In this document: in pieces, positions 10,556 through 21,069 of the stretch
Layout: every line of letters starts with the position of its first letter
How positions within the stretch are numbered: the first letter of the stretch is position 1
The notes under the pieces: generated by a model
Databases searched by the model: none
The model's input: only the letters and a program-made list of their open reading frames with translations
Told to the model about the DNA's origin: nothing
From: Candidatus Omnitrophota bacterium
GTDB taxonomy: Bacteria; Omnitrophota; Gorgyraeia; Gorgyraeales; Gorgyraeaceae
DNA: 64,000 bases
Direction of reading: 5' to 3'
Assembly: GCA_030649895.1 (NCBI GenBank)
Contig: JAUSEX010000052.1
Coordinates: 80,988-144,987, forward strand
Program-made: the position numbers and the translations under genes

Positions 10556-11272
10556 TTAAAGAAATACCTTTTTCATTAGCGGCACATCAATTCCATTGAT
10601 AATAGAAAAACTCTTATCGCCATAATTAAATAAAAGGTCTATTATTGACATGCAAGGCACAAATGGTTCATAAAGCTGTTTGTAAACTGGGTGATAAAAC
10701 TCCTGATAAGTTATTTTAATTCCTGCTTCTTCAAAATTTTCTAGATTCAAATAATCTTTCCCGGAAACTCCCGAGATATACGTTTCTGCTTTTAATTCCT
10801 TGCATATATTCAATATCAAATCACCTTTATGACCACTAGCTTCGAGAGAAGAGGAGAATACAAACCCTGTTTTTATATTTAAGGCTTGCATCAAATATCT
10901 AATAAACTCCAGGTTCATGTCCAAAAGAAAATTAAAATCTTTCAGATAAATCTCCTGCAAGCTATCAAAATAATGATTAAAATATTTAGCCTTAGAATAG
11001 GCGGTAGATATACTTTTAATATTCCTTTTTTTCCACCTAGGGTCATCCCTGGAAATCTTAACATCTTTAATCAGCGAACTATTCCTCGGTTCTTTGACTA
11101 CCGGAACAGAGACATACTGCGTTCCTGAGCATGTCCTTATCCGATTTCTATTTTGAAAATATCTTCTCCTGTATTGAACATCATCTAAAATCACATAAAC
11201 ATCTGCTATTGCTATTTTATGAAAGAATCCCAGCCACGGCAAATGCTCTGGCTGATGAATGGTTATCTTCAT
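10556..11272 (-). CDS. WbqC-like family protein
   Basis: MKITIHQPEHLPWLGFFHKI, the characteristic WbqC N-terminus. Confidence 0.7.
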   Translation of the reverse strand: MKITIHQPEHLPWLGFFHKIAIADVYVILDDVQYRRRYFQNRNRIRTCSGTQYVSVPVVKEPRNSSLIKDVKISRDDPRWKKRNIKSISTAYSKAKYFNHYFDSLQEIYLKDFNFLLDMNLEFIRYLMQALNIKTGFVFSSSLEASGHKGDLILNICKELKAETYISGVSGKDYLNLENFEEAGIKITYQEFYHPVYKQLYEPFVPCMSIIDLLFNYGDKSFSIINGIDVPLMKKVFL

Positions 11273-11274
11273 GA

Positions 11275-11901
11275 TTATTCTTTATGCCGCGAACTTTCTA
11301 ACAATATCTTTTCTGCTGCCCAAAAATCAAACTCATCATCTATCTCTACGTTTTCCTGACGGCTAATTATTTTCCTGCCAAGCTTTTTGCCATATTGATC
11401 GCCTTGCTTAATAAGGCTTGCCTTAATTACATACACATTTCCATCGTCATAAAAAAATCCGTTAATATCCTGCCTTCTTAACTGGTTTTTTCCGTATTCA
11501 ATGTATTTACACATAAAACCTGTGGCAAGAGAATCGTAATTATTATCCTTAAATTCTTTTATACATTCATCTACAAGCCCTTCGTTTCTTATGGGGGAGG
11601 TGGCTTGAAGAAGAACTACTATATCGCAAGGAATTTGTTTTATCACATGCTGAAGAACGCTCAAGGTGCTGGCTTCATCACTTGCCAGTTCAGGCGGACG
11701 ATAAAGAGCTTCTGTGTCATAACCCTTTGCAACCTTTGCTATACCCTTGTCTTCAGTAGAGATGATATATCTATCTAGCATGGTTGCCTTCTTCGCTGAT
11801 TCTATAGTCCACGCGATTAAAGGCCTGCCAGCAATCAATTTGATGTTCTTTTTAGGTATTCCTTTACTTCCACCCCGCGCCGGGGTAATACCAAGTATCA
11901 T
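11275..11901 (-). CDS. Acylneuraminate cytidylyltransferase family (CMP-nonulosonic acid synthetase)
   Basis: ILGITPARGGSKGIPKKNIKLIAGRPLIAW. Confidence 0.85.
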   Translation of the reverse strand: MILGITPARGGSKGIPKKNIKLIAGRPLIAWTIESAKKATMLDRYIISTEDKGIAKVAKGYDTEALYRPPELASDEASTLSVLQHVIKQIPCDIVVLLQATSPIRNEGLVDECIKEFKDNNYDSLATGFMCKYIEYGKNQLRRQDINGFFYDDGNVYVIKASLIKQGDQYGKKLGRKIISRQENVEIDDEFDFWAAEKILLESSRHKE

Positions 11902-11922
11902 CTTATCCCCATTTCTGTCCTT

Positions 11923-13278
11923 TTATATGTAATCTCCAAATCCAGCTGCCGTCTCTGTTAACATTTCCCTTGCTTTCAATAAATCATCATTTGACATATC
12001 GCTTATATTTACATAAGGCCGAACATGCATAGCTCCTAAGTTCATCGCATATCTATGTTCATCTCGAATAAAACTGCTTTTTATTGCTTCGTCATAAAGG
12101 ATGGTTCCAGGAAACAGTGTAAGAATATTTATCGCGGCGTTGTTTAACTTTAATTGCCTGATAAACCGTTCTGTTTCTTTAACCGTACCCCAGTTTTCAC
12201 CAGGTCCGCCCACAATAAATGTACAATGAATGTCAATCAGATTCTTTATAGACTTAAGATTTAAAATAGCCTTTTTTATATCAAGATTTTTATCATAACG
12301 ATTGAGCATATCCTGGCTTCCAGATTCAATTCCGAAAGAAATATCAAAAAGACCTACTTCTGCCATTCTCTCCACCATTTCCATGGAAATTCTATCTGCT
12401 CTTCCCTGAAACCGCCATTTGAATTCTCCAGGATACTTGTTCTTTAATAGGGAAATAAATTCTTCTATGCTTCTTGGACTATTTAAGAAATTATCATCAA
12501 CAAAGTTAAACCTCTCAATACCATAGTTCTCTTTGACATAAAGCATGTGTTTTATTATTAATTCTGGCGAGTAGCAAGTAATCCTTTTCCCAAAAGTTAA
12601 TTTACAAAATCTACACCTCCCATAACATCCTCTTGAAGCAGATATCTCCCAGCATCTTCCAGAGTTTTTTAAATAACTGATGTACTTTTCTATGGGGAAA
12701 GCCTCATAAAAAGGAAGTAGCGCTGCGTTTAAATTCATCATTCTGTCTCGTTCGCCGGTAAAAATAATTTTTCCTCCTTCTTTAAAATAAATTCCCCTCA
12801 CGCTTCTTACTTGCTCTTTGATAAAATTTTTTTCAATAACATCTAGCAATTCAACAATAGTTAATTCTCCTTCGCCTTTGACGACAAAATCAATTAATGT
12901 ATGCGAAATTAATAACTCAGGTATGGTAGTAGCCATTGGCCCGCCAATAATTATAAAAATGTTTCTGTTTATTTTTTTAATCTTTTTTGCAATTTCTATG
13001 CAGAATCGATAACTATAATTGCCTAAAAATCCTGACAATAGCACTACGTCTGGCAATAACTTTTCGACTCTTTTTAAAAAGCCGCCAGTCGTACCGTTAA
13101 CATAACTGTCGTAGACATCATAATCCCATCTTTTTTCTTTTAGCACTGCGGCAATAATCCCAAGACCTATAGGAAAATGCAGCGTAGAAAACCTTTGCAC
13201 AAGAGAGCGCTTTTGATAGCCCTCAAAATGAGGCTTTAAATTAGCTATCATAATTCTTAATGTTTTTAAGCTCTCCAT
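11923..13278 (-). CDS. B12-binding-domain radical SAM protein (class B)
   Basis: B12-binding-like N-terminus. SRGCYGRCRFCK. Confidence 0.75.
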   Translation of the reverse strand: MESLKTLRIMIANLKPHFEGYQKRSLVQRFSTLHFPIGLGIIAAVLKEKRWDYDVYDSYVNGTTGGFLKRVEKLLPDVVLLSGFLGNYSYRFCIEIAKKIKKINRNIFIIIGGPMATTIPELLISHTLIDFVVKGEGELTIVELLDVIEKNFIKEQVRSVRGIYFKEGGKIIFTGERDRMMNLNAALLPFYEAFPIEKYISYLKNSGRCWEISASRGCYGRCRFCKLTFGKRITCYSPELIIKHMLYVKENYGIERFNFVDDNFLNSPRSIEEFISLLKNKYPGEFKWRFQGRADRISMEMVERMAEVGLFDISFGIESGSQDMLNRYDKNLDIKKAILNLKSIKNLIDIHCTFIVGGPGENWGTVKETERFIRQLKLNNAAINILTLFPGTILYDEAIKSSFIRDEHRYAMNLGAMHVRPYVNISDMSNDDLLKAREMLTETAAGFGDYI

Positions 13279-13934
13279 TTCTTCCTTATAACCATAAATG
13301 CCTCTGCGTATTTAAATCCAATCTCAATCCCTCTTTTTTTAGCTAAAACCTTTAAGGCCTCTTTTGAACGCGGATGAGGGTAAGCCCTTTTTTCTGTTTC
13401 ATAACATTTAAATGCCTTTATTTTCTTATCAATATATTTTGCGATATCCACATAATAGTTTGGCAAAAATATATTTTCAGGCAATGGCGGAGATTGGTCT
13501 GTAGAGGAAGGGACTTCATACATGTAGATGCTATTGATGAATGGCGTAGCTATCGACCTCAAAACAACCCTAGCCGCGTCAAACACTGCCCTGTGGTCTT
13601 GGTTATTGTCATTCAAGAAGGGGATATAGACAACGGATGGCTTTATTTTATTTACATATTTCTCAAGTAAAATTATGATATCCTGAATAGATGCGTCTAG
13701 TCGTTCATCGTTTAAATCAAAAAATACAAGTTCTCTGTAACCAAGCGCATCTTTTGCCTTAATGGCGTGCTGCCTTTCAATCTCATTCTTGGCTCTGTCA
13801 AAATGATGATTATATACCCTGTTAGCTATGAAAGAGACGAAAACATTATCTTTTTCCCCTATATGCCTAGCTATTGTCCCCCCGCATCCAAGAACCTCAT
13901 CGTCCATATGCGGAGCTATTATCAATATATTCAT
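13266..13934 (-). CDS. PIG-L / LmbE family deacetylase
   Basis: IIAPHMDDEVLGCGGTIARH. Confidence 0.8.
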   Translation of the reverse strand: MNILIIAPHMDDEVLGCGGTIARHIGEKDNVFVSFIANRVYNHHFDRAKNEIERQHAIKAKDALGYRELVFFDLNDERLDASIQDIIILLEKYVNKIKPSVVYIPFLNDNNQDHRAVFDAARVVLRSIATPFINSIYMYEVPSSTDQSPPLPENIFLPNYYVDIAKYIDKKIKAFKCYETEKRAYPHPRSKEALKVLAKKRGIEIGFKYAEAFMVIRKKWRA

Positions 13935-13937
13935 AGG

Positions 13938-14882
13938 TTATCTCTCCAGAAGTTCGTCTATCTTCTTCTTATCTAAATTCCTACTGGATTCTCTTTCTTT
14001 ATACCACTCTATATATTTGGATAATCCTTTTTCAAAGCTAACCTTAGGCCGCCATCCCAATTCCTTTTTTGCCAACTCGCATGAAACTTCTTTGCCGGAA
14101 AAGTCTCCCGGCCTGCCAGGGATATGCTCAATCCTGACATTGCCTAAAATCTTCTGGATGCTTTCTGCTATCTGCTTGATTGTAATCTTTTCATTCCCAT
14201 CCAGATTATAAATTTTATTCCTGGCTGTTGATTTCAAGGCCATGACATTGCCTTCAGCAAGGTCTTCCACATATATGAATTTTCTGAATTGCGAGCCATC
14301 TCCCGCGATTGTAATAGGTTTTCCATTTAACGCCTTCTCTACGAATATAGGTATGACCGCTCCGTCCCTTGCCCTTGGGCCGTATGGTATGCCATATCTC
14401 AAAATAGTTACGTCCAGGCCGTATAATTTACTATAGGTCTGGCAGTAATATTCTCCAGCCAATTTAGTAGCCGTGTAAAAATGAGAAGGCGCATGAAGCG
14501 GAGTTGACTCAGTAACCCTGTCTTCACTTGCTTCGCTGTAAACCCAAGTAGTGCTTCCATAAATCATTTTATTTACTTTTGAGCATCGCACAGCCTCAAG
14601 TACATTTATAGTCCCTCTCACGTTTATTGATTCCGCGTAATAAGGGTCCTCAAAAACATCCTTGACGTCTGCCACCGCGGCAAGATGCATTACCGCGTCT
14701 ACACCGCTCATCGCAAAACCCAAAGCCGCCCTATCCAAAATGCTTCCTTGATAAAATTCTATGTCTTTTCTAAAAGTGGGTATGACAACATCATAAACCC
14801 TGACCTCTATTGCCTTATCTCTCAGCTTATCGACCACATGCGAACCAATAAATCCCGAGCCTCCAGTAACCAAAACCTTCAT
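13938..14882 (-). CDS. NAD-dependent epimerase/dehydratase (SDR). Start moved to the internal MKVLVTGG ATG, which forms an ATGA overlap with the upstream stop. The track ORF extends to 14918.
   Basis: MKVLVTGGSGFIGSHVV, YxxxK. Reverse-complement of 14879-14882 reads ATGA. Confidence 0.75.
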   Translation of the reverse strand: MKVLVTGGSGFIGSHVVDKLRDKAIEVRVYDVVIPTFRKDIEFYQGSILDRAALGFAMSGVDAVMHLAAVADVKDVFEDPYYAESINVRGTINVLEAVRCSKVNKMIYGSTTWVYSEASEDRVTESTPLHAPSHFYTATKLAGEYYCQTYSKLYGLDVTILRYGIPYGPRARDGAVIPIFVEKALNGKPITIAGDGSQFRKFIYVEDLAEGNVMALKSTARNKIYNLDGNEKITIKQIAESIQKILGNVRIEHIPGRPGDFSGKEVSCELAKKELGWRPKVSFEKGLSKYIEWYKERESSRNLDKKKIDELLER

Positions 14883-15853
14883 ATTAAATCCCCCTTGTAG
14901 TATAACGGTACGCACCAATGATTCTTCGCTACCCAGTCTGTATCAGGCAGTTCATACGCCTTTTTAAGAATCTTATGGCATGGCGCGTCATATACCTTGC
15001 CTGTAGAATTTTCTATCGGTTCAAAGACTATGTATTTATAATACCCTGAGACCATGCCTTCGGGTAAAACAACTCTCTTTTTAAATTTAGAATCAAGATG
15101 TTTTTTCACGTAACTGTTCTTCCATTCCGTAATCTCATCCAAACTATCTATCTGAGCGCAGCCGATAGCCGCCGTAAATTCGTTCATCCTGAAATTCAGG
15201 CCTTTGACATTGTATTCGAATTTTCCATAGTTCCTGAACTTGCGGGCAAAATCCGCAAGATCTTTGTTTTTGGTTACCAGCATCCCGCCTTCACCAGTAG
15301 TGATGGTTTTGGTCGCGTAAAACGAATAAACCCCCGCGTCTCCGAATATGCCGGGCCTCCTGCCGTTCCAGGACGCGCCATGGCTATGGGCGCAATCTTC
15401 AAGCAGAATAATGCCTTTATCTTTACAGTACGACGCGATTTCGTTTACCTGAAACGCTATATGGCCTCCTATATGGACTAACCAGACCGCGGAAGGCCTG
15501 TATTTTTTTATTTTTTCTTTCAGGTCATCAAAATTCACGCATAAATCAAATTTATTGCAATCTACAAATTCCACATTACATTCGAGATGCATGTTAACCA
15601 ACGGCGTAGCCATAAACGTATTAGATGGGCAGAGGATAACTTTTTTTCTCAAGTTATAATATTCCAATGCCGCCAGGCTAGCCCCTGCCCAGCTGCTAAA
15701 AGCTACAGCATAGGCATTATTCCATTTTGCCCATTTTTCTTCAAAGAGTTCTGTAAATTTTCCTTCTGACCATCTATTTTCTTTCATTATCTCTTCGAAA
15801 TAAGAAAATATCTTATCCTTATCTCTTTTATCGAATCCGATTGTAAATTTCAT
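14879..15853 (-). CDS. DegT/DnrJ/EryC1/StrS family sugar aminotransferase
   Basis: KTITTGEGGMLVT PLP-lysine region. Confidence 0.8.
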   Translation of the reverse strand: MKFTIGFDKRDKDKIFSYFEEIMKENRWSEGKFTELFEEKWAKWNNAYAVAFSSWAGASLAALEYYNLRKKVILCPSNTFMATPLVNMHLECNVEFVDCNKFDLCVNFDDLKEKIKKYRPSAVWLVHIGGHIAFQVNEIASYCKDKGIILLEDCAHSHGASWNGRRPGIFGDAGVYSFYATKTITTGEGGMLVTKNKDLADFARKFRNYGKFEYNVKGLNFRMNEFTAAIGCAQIDSLDEITEWKNSYVKKHLDSKFKKRVVLPEGMVSGYYKYIVFEPIENSTGKVYDAPCHKILKKAYELPDTDWVAKNHWCVPLYYKGDLI

Positions 15854-16398
15854 TTTTCCGCACCTTTATTGAATTTCTTTTTTATCAATCCGCCGCCCAA
15901 TAGTTTGTTCAGCACGCCAGAATTATACAGGTTGAATAATACCTGAGCCTGGGTGTAAAAATTTTTCAGTTTATCCAAACGTTCCTTTAATACCTTTACC
16001 CCTTCTTCTTTCCCGTTTTTTAAATCAACGGAATCAAGGACGTCATATGAAGATTTTAATATATCGTCTATTTCCAGAAGCCGCCTTTCGGCCATGGATT
16101 TAAAGCTCTCCATTATCACCTTGGTAATATCCATCTCTGCCTCATAATAATCTTTTCTTGAGCCTTTAACCCAAACCTTTCTTACAACGCCGTATCTTTC
16201 AAGCGCCCTTATATTGATGCTCACGCTTGCTTTGCTGATCTTAAGCCTTTCTGACATCTCATCAAGTGATAATGGGGCTTTGCTCAGGTAAGACAGGGCA
16301 TAAAGCTGCGCCATAATGTTATTAAGCCCGAATTTGTTACATATATGATTTATCTTTCCTAAAAAAACATCCTGCACATCTGTCAAATTTTTACTCAT
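15850..16398 (-). CDS. GbsR/MarR-type HTH transcriptional regulator
   Basis: MAQLYALSYLSKAPLSLDEMSERLKISKASVSINIRALERYGVVRKVWVKGSRKDYYEAE. Confidence 0.65.
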   Translation of the reverse strand: MSKNLTDVQDVFLGKINHICNKFGLNNIMAQLYALSYLSKAPLSLDEMSERLKISKASVSINIRALERYGVVRKVWVKGSRKDYYEAEMDITKVIMESFKSMAERRLLEIDDILKSSYDVLDSVDLKNGKEEGVKVLKERLDKLKNFYTQAQVLFNLYNSGVLNKLLGGGLIKKKFNKGAEK

Positions 16399-16450
16399 AT
16401 TTTTTCCTTCGTTTTTAATGCGTTTACAACGTTTAAAATCTTCTAAACAA

Positions 16451-16479
16451 TAATAACACCATACAACTATTCATGTCAA
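16451..16479 (-). promoter_or_regulatory. Candidate sigma70-type promoter for the regulator gene and downstream operon
   Basis: Minus strand reads TTGACA (16474-16479), then 17 nt, then TTATTA (16451-16456). AAGGA RBS before the ATG at 16398. Confidence 0.4.
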
Positions 16480-16601
16480 CAAAATAACTATTTAATTAAC
16501 TCTTAAACGGCGCGCGCTAAAGTGCGGATTTTTATGATTTTCTGTTAAAAATTAAGCTGTAGGGAAAATTTCTGGGAAAGAATTTTTTAATACCACATTG
16601 C

Positions 16602-17666
16602 CTATGCGCCTACCTTCTTTATTATTTCAAGAAAGTTAGAGCTATTTACTTTTAAAGAAAACTTATCCTCCACTGTTTTCCTGCCTTCAAGGCCGATATT
16701 TTTTCTCAAATTAGAATCTTCCATCAGTTTAGATATTTTATCTATCCATTCTTCTTCTCTTCTTACCAGATAGCCATTTACGCCATCTTTTATTATATCT
16801 CTGTTCGCGCCTACATCCGACACTACACACGGAACGCCAACGCTCATATACTGGATTGTCTTGAAAGGAGTCTTTGCCTTAGCCCATTCATCATTAAGTA
16901 TAGGATACACCCCTATATCTATGCTCTGAAAATTTTCCACTTCTTTATCCAAAGACCATTCTTCATTCATTACATTAATTCCATCTATGGTAACCTTAGT
17001 GCCGCCGCCCACTATTTTTAACGTAAATTTATGGCGCACGTAAATCTTTTTAAAAACATCTTTCAGCGCAAGTAAAAAAGGCAATGTTGTATGGCTGCCT
17101 ATCCATCCTATAGTTACCACATCTTTATTACCGGCCCCGGAAGCCCTGGGCATGAATTTATCAATATCAATAGATGTGGGTATTACCGTGATATTTTTGT
17201 TATACGGCTCTAAAAACACTTTCATATAATTATTGCACACTATGACATGCCTACTCATCGTGACGATCTTGAAAAATTTGGACGGATTCTTGAAAAAATT
17301 ACTTATCCCTTTGCGCGGAAGATATATGGCATCTTCGAAATCAAAAATGATAGGCTTTTTCAGTTTGAAGAAAAACCACTCTATAAACGGAGGCCCAAGA
17401 GGAAACGCTTCGATATGTATGAAAACTACATCATGCCTTAATGCCCGGAATATGTCCAAAAATCTGTTGAAAGAGCTCTGAAAAAAATATATTGTTTTTA
17501 ATAACCATTTCCCTTTTTTATAAAATATGCTGTAAAATTTTGAACTCATAAAAGGCCGAAGTGTAAAATCAATATTGGCAGCGGTTAAATAAGGAAGATA
17601 CTGTTCTACCCTGTATCTATTGCTCGGCCCTTCTGTCGGATAAGGCACTAAAAATAAAACTCTCAT
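16602..17666 (-). CDS. Glycosyltransferase family 4 (GT-B)
   Basis: C-terminal GVPCVVSDVGANRDIIKDGVNGYLV. Confidence 0.75.
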   Translation of the reverse strand: MRVLFLVPYPTEGPSNRYRVEQYLPYLTAANIDFTLRPFMSSKFYSIFYKKGKWLLKTIYFFQSSFNRFLDIFRALRHDVVFIHIEAFPLGPPFIEWFFFKLKKPIIFDFEDAIYLPRKGISNFFKNPSKFFKIVTMSRHVIVCNNYMKVFLEPYNKNITVIPTSIDIDKFMPRASGAGNKDVVTIGWIGSHTTLPFLLALKDVFKKIYVRHKFTLKIVGGGTKVTIDGINVMNEEWSLDKEVENFQSIDIGVYPILNDEWAKAKTPFKTIQYMSVGVPCVVSDVGANRDIIKDGVNGYLVRREEEWIDKISKLMEDSNLRKNIGLEGRKTVEDKFSLKVNSSNFLEIIKKVGA

Positions 17667-18949
17667 CTTTGCCTGACCTCTTTCGCAACCCTTTTACCAT
17701 CCAGGACCGCATCATGCATCCATTGATATTCCCATTTTCCATAACGGCCTGCGAGAAATACATCAAACCTTTTAAGATAACTGCTTATTATTTTCATATT
17801 CGCGTTGCGGTTATGGTCATAAATAGGATATCCGTATTTTACATCCCTGACATCAATAAGCTCTATCTCGCCCTTTTTCTTCAGGATTTTTGCCCTGATA
17901 AGATCTTTGACAACCTTGTTTGTCATATCCTGTTTATTTATACGCCCTGAATATGCTATCTCAGCTGTAATAGAAGATTTGTTTGAAGGCGCTAAATTAT
18001 TACAGAAATTTTTTGGAAAGCTTATCCTGAAAAACGAATAATCCTTTTCGGGATAATATATCCAGTGAGATTTATGTATGCTGGATTTTCCGACTCCCAG
18101 GTTAACGCATAATATAGAATTGCATCTTAATCCTCTTACCGCGTCTATCACTTTGGAAGGCACATTATCTTTTATTATGCGGAATAATTCCGGAACAGGA
18201 ATAGTGGCTATCAGCGACTTATATCCGGCAATAGGCCCATCCTCAAAAGTAATAACCTTATTCTTAAGAGACAGGCAAACCGCTTTTTTATTTAAAAAAA
18301 CTCTGTTGCTTATCTTTGGTAAAAATGCTTCTGGAATTTTTGATATACCGGCATTCAAGGGATATCTGAATGTGGCATTGGGCCCATATTCTTTTTCATA
18401 CAACCTGCTGGAACCTTCTATTACATCCTCCAGTTTTGGCAGAGGCACTCTGACATCAACCCAGTCCATAGTCATTTCCTTTGCTGGAACTGTCCAGAAT
18501 TTCTCGCTGTAAGGAAGATAGAAATGTTCCGCTATGCCCTTTCCGAATTTACCATAAACCCATTCTTCATAATCTCTGTATTTCTTCCGTCTATCCATCT
18601 TTCCGCAAGCATCCCTGAATCCATCTATGCAGTCTTTCTTAACGCCTGCAGGCAGGCCGAATGTATTTACCTGGAACGGATATTTCGTCATAACGCCGCT
18701 GGAATATATCCAGGCGGAGCGCTTTATTATATGAATCTTACAGTTCAGCTTATTTATCAGCAAATCCAGCACATACTTATCTTTTGTATGCAAAACATGT
18801 ATGCCAAGGTCAAATATAAAACCATCCGCTTTGGGAGATGCGCATGTGCCGCCAACCGCACCTTCTTTCTCATAGATAAATCCGCCGCCATGATAGGCGG
18901 CGCTCAAGCCGGTCAATCCTCCTCCTAAAATAATTATATCTTTATTCAT
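17663..18949 (-). CDS. FAD/NAD(P)-binding oxidoreductase (amine-oxidase or UDP-galactopyranose-mutase-like fold)
   Basis: IIILGGGLTGLSAAYH dinucleotide-binding motif. Confidence 0.55.
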   Translation of the reverse strand: MNKDIIILGGGLTGLSAAYHGGGFIYEKEGAVGGTCASPKADGFIFDLGIHVLHTKDKYVLDLLINKLNCKIHIIKRSAWIYSSGVMTKYPFQVNTFGLPAGVKKDCIDGFRDACGKMDRRKKYRDYEEWVYGKFGKGIAEHFYLPYSEKFWTVPAKEMTMDWVDVRVPLPKLEDVIEGSSRLYEKEYGPNATFRYPLNAGISKIPEAFLPKISNRVFLNKKAVCLSLKNKVITFEDGPIAGYKSLIATIPVPELFRIIKDNVPSKVIDAVRGLRCNSILCVNLGVGKSSIHKSHWIYYPEKDYSFFRISFPKNFCNNLAPSNKSSITAEIAYSGRINKQDMTNKVVKDLIRAKILKKKGEIELIDVRDVKYGYPIYDHNRNANMKIISSYLKRFDVFLAGRYGKWEYQWMHDAVLDGKRVAKEVRQR

Positions 18950-19835
18950 ATCGCTCTTTTATTTCTGATATATATTCCTTCAAGGCCTCTTGCCATGGCC
19001 TCATATGATTTAACCCAATCAATGTAAGCCTATGATTAGACAGCATCTCTGACCTGCCCCTTGGAGCCGGTAGAGGAAAGGCTTCACTAGTGATAGGTTT
19101 TATAGCCACATCTTTTTTACCTAGGTACTCTATTATTTTCTGAGCTATATCAAGCCTGGAACAGCTGCCTTTATTTGCCATATGGTAGAGGCCATATTTT
19201 TCTGTGGGCACAACAGATATTATCCCTTTTGAAAAATCCCTGGTAAACGTAGGGCTGCCAAATTTGTCCATCACGACCAGGATCTCTTTTTTTATTTTCG
19301 CCAGGTCTACTATTTTAGCTACAAATTTTTTATCCTTTTCATAACCTCCGATCATCCATCCTGCTCTAAAAATATAATATCTGTCCAAAAGAGACGCGAC
19401 TATCCGCTCCCCTTCAAATTTACTCTTTCCATACACGCTTATAGGATCAGGTTTATCTGATTCTATGTATGGTTCTGGTTTCTCGCCATTAAAAACACTG
19501 CCTGTGCTGATATAAACAAAAAGGGCATTAATATCTTTGGCCGCCAATGCCATATTCTCTGTCCCTCTTGCATTAGTCTCATAGGCATGTTCTGGTTTCA
19601 ACTCGCATTTATCCACATCTGTCTCCGCGGCTAAATGAAAAATAATATCCGGATTGATTCCCATGATAACCTTATGAACATCTGCCGCATCCGTGATATC
19701 CATAGGAAAAATCTGCTTATTGTCTATACCGTTTATATCCGTAAGATAGATATCATATCCTGCGTTTTTTAATAAAGGGTTGAACGCATCTGCCAGCATG
19801 CCATTTGCCCCGGTAACCAAAGCTCTCGTTTTCAT
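18942..19835 (-). CDS. RmlD-like sugar-nucleotide reductase (dTDP-4-dehydrorhamnose reductase family SDR)
   Basis: ALVTGANGMLA...YGKSK. Confidence 0.65.
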   Translation of the reverse strand: MKTRALVTGANGMLADAFNPLLKNAGYDIYLTDINGIDNKQIFPMDITDAADVHKVIMGINPDIIFHLAAETDVDKCELKPEHAYETNARGTENMALAAKDINALFVYISTGSVFNGEKPEPYIESDKPDPISVYGKSKFEGERIVASLLDRYYIFRAGWMIGGYEKDKKFVAKIVDLAKIKKEILVVMDKFGSPTFTRDFSKGIISVVPTEKYGLYHMANKGSCSRLDIAQKIIEYLGKKDVAIKPITSEAFPLPAPRGRSEMLSNHRLTLIGLNHMRPWQEALKEYISEIKERYE

Positions 19836-19836
19836 C

Positions 19837-21069
19837 TTAAAGCTCCGTTTTTTGAAAAACTTTATTATAAAGGCCTAAATATAAATGAGCCCCTCGCTCT
19901 AAAGAAAATAATCTTTCGGCTGTTTCTACGCATCTTTTTTTAACATCTCCATCATTACTATATTTTAATATCAGACTTGCGCCTTCTGCATACTCTTCTT
20001 TGGTAAAATTTCCCACCACAAAACCTATTTTATTTCGCTCAACTACTTCAGCCGTATCTCCTATACCCTTATTGATCAATACGGGCAGGCCGCAAGACAG
20101 ATATTCAGCAAATTTAGTCGGACATGAAGATCTCTTTGAAAAACATGGCTTGATAAAAAAAATACCGGCATCTGCCATGGATATATAAGCAGGCATATCC
20201 ATAGGGGTAACGCTTGTTATTGTAACATCGCTCAGAGAAAGCCTTTTCCTGATACAAGCGGCTTCAACTATATGCCTTCCTTCGTGAACTAAAAAATAAA
20301 AATGCGCGTTTGGAATAGCCTCTTTAGCACATGTAAAGAACTCCAGCATCTCCTCTACAAGATACCATGTCCCTAAAGATCCACTATATAAAAATACAAA
20401 TTTATCCTGAAGTCCGCATCTTTGTCTAAGATCCAAGTTGTATATAGGCCTAAATCTGTTCATATCCACGCAGGAAGGGATAACTGTCATTCTGTCTTTT
20501 TTGTGGACATTCCAGTTTTTAATATAAAAACTATCTTTAAGAAAAACGCGTATATTATCAGATAATACCACCACGCCGTCTGCATTCTTTAAAAATTTCT
20601 TTTCAAAATAAAGCGTCAATTTGTAAACAACACTGTTTTTATTCCACATCCCGCCGTCTACATATTCTTCCGCCATCAGGCCTCTTTCATCAAAAATAAA
20701 TTTTTTCCGTAATATTTTAGAAAGCGCATAGCCAATAGCTGCCGGAACAGTACTGCGGGCATGTATGATATTTATATCTTCTTTCAGGATGATAAAAATT
20801 CCAAAAAATATCCCTTGCAATATGTCAAATAAAGTAGCTGGAAAGGTGGGGCGCTTATGATAACGCAAACGATACCATTCTATTCCACGATCAGCTAAAT
20901 CTCGTTTTAGAATATCTATATTCACACTTGTATTCTTTTTCCGCGCTTTTTCAAAACTTAAAAGAGTTACCCCTACTCCTTCCGCAGACAAAACCCTTAG
21001 ATATGGAATCCCCTGAGATTGCATTAACGGCTCAGCGGCTCCGTTATAAGAAATAAATAAAGTTTTCAT
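19837..21069 (-). CDS. Glycosyltransferase family 4 (GT-B)
   Basis: GT1/GT4-type C-terminal domain. 1-nt overlap with the upstream gene. Confidence 0.7.
   Translation of the reverse strand: MKTLFISYNGAAEPLMQSQGIPYLRVLSAEGVGVTLLSFEKARKKNTSVNIDILKRDLADRGIEWYRLRYHKRPTFPATLFDILQGIFFGIFIILKEDINIIHARSTVPAAIGYALSKILRKKFIFDERGLMAEEYVDGGMWNKNSVVYKLTLYFEKKFLKNADGVVVLSDNIRVFLKDSFYIKNWNVHKKDRMTVIPSCVDMNRFRPIYNLDLRQRCGLQDKFVFLYSGSLGTWYLVEEMLEFFTCAKEAIPNAHFYFLVHEGRHIVEAACIRKRLSLSDVTITSVTPMDMPAYISMADAGIFFIKPCFSKRSSCPTKFAEYLSCGLPVLINKGIGDTAEVVERNKIGFVVGNFTKEEYAEGASLILKYSNDGDVKKRCVETAERLFSLERGAHLYLGLYNKVFQKTEL

Noticed and set aside
16505-16526. GC-rich island CGGCGCGCGC upstream of the regulator promoter as a riboswitch or structured RNA
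   Set aside because: It is too short and isolated to support a structured-RNA call. It is mentioned only as a possible operator.
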